The notes beneath the pieces are model-generated. The model saw only the letters and a program-made list of their open reading frames with translations, ran no database searches and was not told the origin of the DNA. Position numbers and translations under genes: made by a program. Below, one piece after another: positions 35,115 to 40,285 of a stretch of DNA of 40,285 bases (its first letter is position 1; each line of letters begins with the position of its first letter). This DNA comes from an uncultured Nitrospiraceae bacterium. GTDB lineage: Bacteria > Nitrospirota > Thermodesulfovibrionia > Thermodesulfovibrionales > SM23-35. The DNA lies in contig CAZXCW010000004.1 in assembly GCA_964639385.1 (NCBI GenBank), positions 1-40,285 of the forward strand, given 5' to 3'.

Positions 35115-35885
35115 ATGAGATGCCCTAAGTGTAATTTTGAACAACCCGACAGCGGAACCGAATGTTTAAAATGCGGTATTGTCTTTGCGAAATATCTATC
35201 AATAAAGAATCAAGCATCTGACAAATCTGCGGTCATACCCCAACTTGATTTTAAGGAAGTAAATCACCATTCAAGTAAAATAAAAGCGTATCTTAAAAAT
35301 CTACTCTTTCATATCAACCCTGAAATTGGTATATATCATTTGATCGGCAGGGTATTTGTATTATTGGTAATTATTGTCTGGGGCCTCAAATTTATATTTT
35401 CTTCCATAGAGAGCAATTATTCCGGAATCAGTTTCATGCATCTCATTAACCTTCCCTTTCACGAGGCGGGTCATATCTTGTTCCGTATCTTTGGGCAATT
35501 CATGATGACACTGGGTGGGAGCCTAACACAATGTTTGGTGCCTTCAATTTGTCTTTTGACTTTTCTTGTTAGGACAAAGGACCCGTTTGCAGCTTCAATA
35601 TCATTATGGTGGTTGGGGGAGAACCTCATAGATTTGGCTCCGTATATAAACGATGCAAGAGCGCTTAAATTGATGTTGTTAGGTGGCGTAACTGGTCAGG
35701 ATGTAGAAGGCTACCATGATTGGGAATTCATCCTTCGCAAACTCAGTTTGCTTGAATATGACCATCTGATAGCCAAAACCGCACATGTAATCGGAGCACT
35801 ACTCATGATCTGCGCATTTGTTTGGGGCGTAGTTGTGTTGATAACCCAATACAGAAATCGCCACACAGACTTGGAAGAAAGGTAA
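35115..35885 (+). CDS. Membrane protein with an N-terminal zinc ribbon and an intramembrane HExxH motif
   Basis: CPKCNFEQPDSGTECLKCG at the N-terminus, several TM segments, and LPFHEAGHILF at a membrane boundary. Confidence 0.5.
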   Translation: MRCPKCNFEQPDSGTECLKCGIVFAKYLSIKNQASDKSAVIPQLDFKEVNHHSSKIKAYLKNLLFHINPEIGIYHLIGRVFVLLVIIVWGLKFIFSSIESNYSGISFMHLINLPFHEAGHILFRIFGQFMMTLGGSLTQCLVPSICLLTFLVRTKDPFAASISLWWLGENLIDLAPYINDARALKLMLLGGVTGQDVEGYHDWEFILRKLSLLEYDHLIAKTAHVIGALLMICAFVWGVVVLITQYRNRHTDLEER

Positions 35886-36063
35886 TTGATTTTATATAGT
35901 CATAAAGCATCAGCTCCTTTCTGACCTTCATGCTTCACAAAAAAGTAATAATGGTGTAGATTAGAACTTGGAAATCTATAACAAGTTATCTGCTCATTGC
36001 GGTCAGGGAAAGGAGAGGAAAGATGTTGGAATTAGCGATTGTTTTAGTGGGAGGATTAAAAAA

Positions 36064-36477
36064 ATGAGGAGATATTTTTCATTTAAAATTACGTTCCTAA
36101 TCATTTCTATAGTGGTTTGTATAATCACTCTAAATAGTTGTAGCAAAATCACAGAATATCGGGAATTAAAAAAGCGTGAAGAAGAACGGCAAAAACAGGA
36201 ACAAACTGCTAAAGAAACACAGAAAATATTAAATGAGATGTCTTATCGTAAAGAAGCAATTCTTCTTGCCATTAAATACAAAATTGAAGAAGATAAAGTT
36301 TTTAATTTGCTCGTTGAAACTAAAGCTTTCAGTTTAGAGAGCATTCAGGCATCCCTCGAAGGCAGACCCATAACAAAAAGCCGTTTAAATTCATTAGCTG
36401 AAAAATATAATATCCCAATCGAAACATTAGCAAGCATTCTTATTGATTATTATTCAATGAAGGCATGCGAACATTAA
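36064..36477 (+). CDS. Putative lipoprotein
   Basis: MRRYFSFKITFLIISIVVCIITLNSC carries a lipobox-like LNSC. The ORF track starts upstream at TTG 35968, which lacks signal-peptide logic. Confidence 0.5.
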   Translation: MRRYFSFKITFLIISIVVCIITLNSCSKITEYRELKKREEERQKQEQTAKETQKILNEMSYRKEAILLAIKYKIEEDKVFNLLVETKAFSLESIQASLEGRPITKSRLNSLAEKYNIPIETLASILIDYYSMKACEH

Positions 36478-36845
36478 ATCCTTTACCTGGAACTTGCTTC
36501 GAATTCACTCTTTGTAGGTACAAGAAATAATGTGAAATCCTCTCTCAGCTACTTCCTGTAATCCTCAACATCAAAATTCTTCTAACTATGCAACACCACG
36601 AATGGAAATCAATAAGCAATGTCTATTTAAGAAAAAAGATAAGATTAAGATTAAGATAATGTGTTATGATAACTAACAAAGGAAAAGAGTAAATAGTCGA
36701 ACAGGGAAACTGATAAATAGATTTCATTTCGCAAAGCTCACCTTTTAGCAGTATCCCTAATTAACAAGCATTTAATTTTCATATTTGAGGAAGCACTTTT
36801 TCACCACTTTATATAAGTCGCTGCACATAGGAGATTGAAAAGTAT

Positions 36846-37088
36846 ATGAAGGCATATCGTATAGGCAAATCTATCATCCTGCCTCATGTCCGTTATATAA
36901 ATCGTGGAGGATGTAATAGTATGATGTTTCATTCTCAAGTCATAAGATTTAATGGATGTTATCAAACATTGGGATGTCATAGGATGGACGTTTCTGGTTT
37001 TTGTTCTGGACATAAGATGAGCAAAGAAGAGTTTATAAAAAGATATTGTGGTGGTGTAGAGCCAGAAACAAAGACAAACAAAGAATGA
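36846..37088 (+). CDS. Hypothetical Cys-rich small protein (start uncertain; ATG 36921/36924 has a GGAGG SD)
   Basis: There are five Cys in 80 aa (GGC, NGC, LGC, GFC, RYC). No recognisable family. Coding status is unproven. Confidence 0.25.
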   Translation: MKAYRIGKSIILPHVRYINRGGCNSMMFHSQVIRFNGCYQTLGCHRMDVSGFCSGHKMSKEEFIKRYCGGVEPETKTNKE

Positions 37089-37180
37089 TAAGGAGGTCTA
37101 ATATTTATAACTAAGGCTTTGAAGGTATCCAAGAATATTGAAAGATAAGGGTTTTTATTAACAAAGAGGAGGTTTGAATA

Positions 37181-37498
37181 ATGAGAAAAATGTATGTTGG
37201 AAACATTGCATTCGATGCGACAGAAGAAGATTTAAGAAATCTCTTCTCGGAATATGGTGAGATTGAATCATTAAAAATAATTAAGGATCAATTTACGGAA
37301 CGATCCAGAGGCTTTGGTTTTATTGAGATGGCAGATGAAAAAGATGCAAGAAAAGCAATTGCAACTCTTAATGGTAAAGACTTTATGGGGAAAACACTCA
37401 TTGTAAATGAAGCAAGACCTCAACAGAAACGACAAGGTTTTAATAAAAGAAGTAGTGGCTATGGTGGTGGTGGGGGTACAGGGAGAGGCTGGAGATAG
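37181..37498 (+). CDS. RRM-type RNA-binding protein with a Gly-rich tail
   Basis: RNP2 is MYVGNI and RNP1 is RGFGFIEM. The C-terminus is SSGYGGGGGTGRGWR. The SD is GAGGAGG. Confidence 0.9.
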   Translation: MRKMYVGNIAFDATEEDLRNLFSEYGEIESLKIIKDQFTERSRGFGFIEMADEKDARKAIATLNGKDFMGKTLIVNEARPQQKRQGFNKRSSGYGGGGGTGRGWR

Positions 37499-37500
37499 TT

Positions 37501-37695
37501 TTGGAGATCAAAGTCAATGAAAGTGATATCGATGGAGCACTGAAAGTCCTTAAGCGTAAATTGGAAAAGGAAGGTCTTTTTAGAGAAATAAAGCAGAGAG
37601 CATCATATGAAAAACCTTCTCAAAAAAAGAAACGTAAACGAATAGAAGCAAGAAAGAAAAGGATGAAGGCTCTAAGATTTAAGAAACGTACCTAA
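37501..37695 (+). CDS. rpsU: 30S ribosomal protein S21
   Basis: IDGALKVLKRKLEKEGLFREIKQRASYEKPSQKKKRKRIEARKK matches the S21 pattern. The TTG start lies 2 nt after the rbp stop. Confidence 0.85.
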   Translation: MEIKVNESDIDGALKVLKRKLEKEGLFREIKQRASYEKPSQKKKRKRIEARKKRMKALRFKKRT

Positions 37696-37783
37696 CATTT
37701 GGATAAACCTACAGATTGTTTTGAAGAAACTTTTAAAAATTTTGGGTCTGTAAAAAACAGCCCGAATGCTTATGGAGGTGGAT

Positions 37784-38014
37784 ATGAAAGCACTTATTGA
37801 ACTAATAGCGAAGTCTCTGGTAGATAAGCCGGAGGAGGTTGCAGTGGCCAAGGTAGACGGAGAAAGAACCGCTATTTTTGAACTGCGTGTTGCTCCAAGT
37901 GATATTGGGAAGGTTATCGGAAAGCAAGGAAATACAGCGCGAGCAATGAGAACAATACTGAGCGCTGCCGGTGCTAAGCTCGAAAAGCGTTGTGTTCTTG
38001 AAATATTGGATTAA
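37784..38014 (+). CDS. khpA: KH-domain RNA-binding protein (KhpA/YlqC family)
   Basis: [21 protein letters not shown]...[27 protein letters not shown] contains the GxxG KH motif. The ORF track starts at 37766. Confidence 0.8.
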   Translation: MKALIELIAKSLVDKPEEVAVAKVDGERTAIFELRVAPSDIGKVIGKQGNTARAMRTILSAAGAKLEKRCVLEILD

Positions 38015-38059
38015 ACTGAATAATACCCAAAAACTGAATTTTAATTGCTCGGTCGCTGA

Positions 38060-38316
38060 GACAAGATAGGAGTGGCAGTAGTATTCCTTGAAGGTGAACT
38101 GGCGGCGGGAGACACCATTCACATTAAAGGCCACACTACAGAACTTTGCACAGAAGATAGAATCTATTCAGATTGAAAGTAAGAACGTAGAGCGGGGCAA
38201 AGCAAGGTGATAATATTGATATCAAGGTGAAGGAACATGCAAGGGTGCATAATGTAGTCTATAAAGTGGTGGAAGCTCGGTTTGATGATTATCTTGTGAA
38301 TAGAAAACTGTTATAG
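38060..38316 (+). pseudogene. Decayed gene for a small EF-Tu-domain-2-like protein (two +1 frameshifts, N-terminus lost)
   Basis: Three consecutive frames read DKIGVAVVFLEGELAAGDTIHIKGHTTE | FAQKIESIQIESKNVERGKA | GDNIDIKVKEHARVHNVVYKVVE... Frame switches fall near 38144 and 38205. An in-frame TGA (38057-38059) lies immediately upstream. Confidence 0.6.
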
Positions 38317-38337
38317 GTTTATTTTGAGGAGGTAGCT

Positions 38338-39759
38338 TTGAGAGAATGGGATATTTTTGATGAGATCATAGATTTAGGTAAGAAGCGTGGGACGCTTACT
38401 TATGATGAGATAAATGATGCTTTTCCTTCAGCGTTTGTTTCTCCAGGAGAATTAGCAGACTTTATGGATCTCCTACAAGATATTGGTATTAAAGTTATAG
38501 ATAATCAGGAACTCTCCACTGACGAGGAAGAGGAAGAAGAAAACTATGAAAAAACAGAAGACATTATTCAAGCATATTTTCATTCGATGGGGAATATTAC
38601 AATACTCACAAGGAATGAAGAATTACACCTTGCGAAGAGATTCGAAGAGGGAAAAGAGATAATTAAAGGAGTTGTTACAACGCTGCCTTTATACCAGCAA
38701 CTCGAAGCGAGTTTAGATGGTAAAAACGAAGAGCACTTGAAAAATTCAGAGGAAGAAAAAACAGAAGAAGCTCTTGAAATGAGCTTGAAAGTACTTGACA
38801 ATCTTATGATAAAAATAGAAATAGCAGATAGAAGGATTGCAAGATATGGGACATTAAAAGATTTGAAAAAATTAATAAATCGAAAACGGAAACATGGTAT
38901 CAATTCCATACGGCTTAACACTATTGCAAGAGAAGTTCAGAGTGAGTATAAGCGAGTTGAATCAGAGGTTGGGATCAAGATTGACAAATTGAAAGCTAAG
39001 TGGGACAGAATAACCAAGGCAAGAACCCTTGTTAGCGAAACAAAGAATGAATTAATAACTCATAACCTGAGATTGGTAGTGAATGTTGCTAAGAATTATA
39101 TTAGAAGAGGTCTTTCCTTGCTTGACCTTATTCAGGAAGGGAATATCGGTCTTATGAAAGCTATAGATAAGTTCGACTATAAAAAGGGATTCAAATTCAG
39201 CACCTATGCAACGTGGTGGATAAGACAGGGAGCAACAAGAGCATTAATTGATCAGACAAAGACTATCAGAGTTCCTGTACATATGATGGAATTTTATAAC
39301 AAGGTTACTAAGGCTTCCAGAGAACTGATATCCCAGATTGGAAGAGAACCCAGTAAAGAAGAAATTGCTACGAAATTAGGTATTCCCATAAGGAAAGTCG
39401 AAGAAATATTCAGGGCAATACAGGACCCAATAGCTCTTCAAACTCCCATCGGTGATGATGGTACAACCATTGAGGAGTTTATCAGTGATAAAGATAGTCC
39501 TTCTCCATACACTAATGCGGAAAGAAATAATGTCACCGAGCAGATACTAAAGATTCTGCACACCTTAACTCCCAGGGAAGAGGAAGTTATAAGAATGAGA
39601 TTTGGTATAGGAGTTGATAAAGACCACACCCTCGAAGAAGTAGGAAGACATCTTTCTATTACACGTGAAAGGGTAAGACAAATAGAGGAAAAAGCACTTA
39701 GAAAGCTTAAACATCCAAATAGACTCAGAGCACTAAAGCTCTTAAATACCGCTTTATAA
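38338..39759 (+). CDS. rpoD: RNA polymerase sigma factor, sigma70 family group 1-like (RpoD)
   Basis: There is an acidic region after region 1.1. Region 1.2 reads YFHSMGNITILTRNEELHLAKR. Region 2 reads LITHNLRLVVNVAKNY...LLDLIQEGNIGLMKAIDKFDYKKGFKFSTYATWWIRQ. Region 3 reads IRVPVHM. Region 4 reads TLEEVGRHLSITRERVRQIEEKALRKLKHP. The start is TTG after a GAGGAGG SD. Confidence 0.9.
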   Translation: MREWDIFDEIIDLGKKRGTLTYDEINDAFPSAFVSPGELADFMDLLQDIGIKVIDNQELSTDEEEEEENYEKTEDIIQAYFHSMGNITILTRNEELHLAKRFEEGKEIIKGVVTTLPLYQQLEASLDGKNEEHLKNSEEEKTEEALEMSLKVLDNLMIKIEIADRRIARYGTLKDLKKLINRKRKHGINSIRLNTIAREVQSEYKRVESEVGIKIDKLKAKWDRITKARTLVSETKNELITHNLRLVVNVAKNYIRRGLSLLDLIQEGNIGLMKAIDKFDYKKGFKFSTYATWWIRQGATRALIDQTKTIRVPVHMMEFYNKVTKASRELISQIGREPSKEEIATKLGIPIRKVEEIFRAIQDPIALQTPIGDDGTTIEEFISDKDSPSPYTNAERNNVTEQILKILHTLTPREEEVIRMRFGIGVDKDHTLEEVGRHLSITRERVRQIEEKALRKLKHPNRLRALKLLNTAL

Positions 39760-39761
39760 TA

Positions 39762-39884
39762 CTCATGCTGAGCCAGAAGATCTTTATTATATTTTGCCCA
39801 TTCTAAAAGATCATTCTTTTTATGATCGTGTGCAACAAGAGCAATCTTCTTCTTTTGACCTATCGCTAACTTTTTGTTTTCCAT
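39762..39884 (-). pseudogene. mgsA: 5' fragment of methylglyoxal synthase (mgsA), truncated at the rpoD stop codon
   Basis: [31 protein letters not shown] matches the MgsA N-terminus (E. coli: [29 protein letters not shown], then VLYATGTTG). The ATGTTG motif and everything after it are absent. The ORF then runs on as antisense of rpoD. Confidence 0.65.
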
Positions 39885-39919
39885 ATGTTCTTAACTTATA
39901 AACTATTAATGAATGGCTC

Positions 39920-40264
39920 TTAAGACTTTTTGTTGTACTTTATATTAACTTTATAGTGAATATTCGAATGGCCAGAGGAAAGATTATTTCCACCACAAAC
40001 AAGCTCTCCTTCTCCTGAGTCTTTATGACTTCTAATCATCATAGTAATAACTTGATTTAAGTCAAATCCGCCGTCAAGACAGCCTTTGCTCAAGCATTCA
40101 ATATTAAAATATGCATAGCTGTTGGGCCAAAAACTTAAAGTACGTAATATGGTAATCGGGTTTCTTTTTCCATAAGAGTCTGTCACATCAATAACAATGC
40201 TTGAAACTTTAGGAAAGTGTTCAGAAATAAGACCTGAATCGAGTCTTTGTTGCCTTTTCTCCAT
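39920..40264 (-). CDS. Hypothetical protein
   Basis: A 114-codon ORF on the same strand as, and 36 nt upstream of, the mgsA fragment. No recognisable motifs. Confidence 0.3.
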   Translation of the reverse strand: MEKRQQRLDSGLISEHFPKVSSIVIDVTDSYGKRNPITILRTLSFWPNSYAYFNIECLSKGCLDGGFDLNQVITMMIRSHKDSGEGELVCGGNNLSSGHSNIHYKVNIKYNKKS

Positions 40265-40285
40265 CCTTGCGGCATTCTTTTCACT

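Noticed and set aside
37802-38134. A 110-aa minus-strand ORF spanning khpA and the decayed gene.
   Set aside because: It is antisense to a well-supported KH-domain gene and has no motifs or SD.
39438-39884. The 148-aa minus-strand ORF as an intact gene.
   Set aside because: Only the first ~41 residues resemble MgsA. The remainder is antisense to the conserved region 4 of rpoD. It is treated as a truncated pseudogene that runs on by chance.

Overview
This looks like a chromosomal segment from an AT-rich bacterium whose lineage I cannot assign. No transposase, integrase, CRISPR array or rRNA is visible. All homology calls come from reading motifs in the translations; no searches or alignments were run.

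Five blocks:
1. nt 1-13,600 (+ strand): a large, atypical gas-vesicle (gvp) cluster. It holds two GvpC-position coiled-coil paralogues, gvpN, four GvpF/L paralogues, gvpG, gvpO, a fused gvpJ-gvpK gene and a second GvpJ/M-type gene. Interleaved are genes not normally counted as gvp parts: a minimal HExxH zincin, an Hsp20, a two-ring Cdc48-like AAA+ ATPase, a J-domain fused to a GvpL/F protein, and a translationally coupled pair of a winged-helix/acidic protein and an MreB/MamK/ParM-class actin-like ATPase. No GvpA-type major structural gene is in the window; it probably lies upstream.
2. nt 13,700-17,800: nucleotide-sugar genes (wbpA-like dehydrogenase, manC, SDR epimerase).
3. nt 17,800-27,900: a T2SS/T4P-like apparatus (E, F, H, I, J, K, L/PilMN, M/PilO, and an AMIN-type secretin on the opposite strand). 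It has no gspG, gspC or gspO, and the pseudopilin leader regions are built from repeat DNA.
4. nt 28,200-34,500: housekeeping genes (gatA, gatB, tRNA-Ser(GGA), SRP RNA, dnaX, ybaB, recR).
5. nt 34,700-40,285: small membrane or secreted proteins, rbp-rpsU-khpA, a frameshifted EF-Tu-domain-2-like pseudogene, rpoD, and a truncated mgsA fragment abutting the rpoD stop codon.

Three repeat families recur: C/G-rich REP-like palindromes with G-quadruplex motifs, a ~120-bp MITE-like structured element (two copies), and TCAGRAN heptanucleotide tandem repeats.

The best candidate for a new system is the actin-like ATPase plus adaptor, together with the chaperone/unfoldase set, embedded in the gvp operon.
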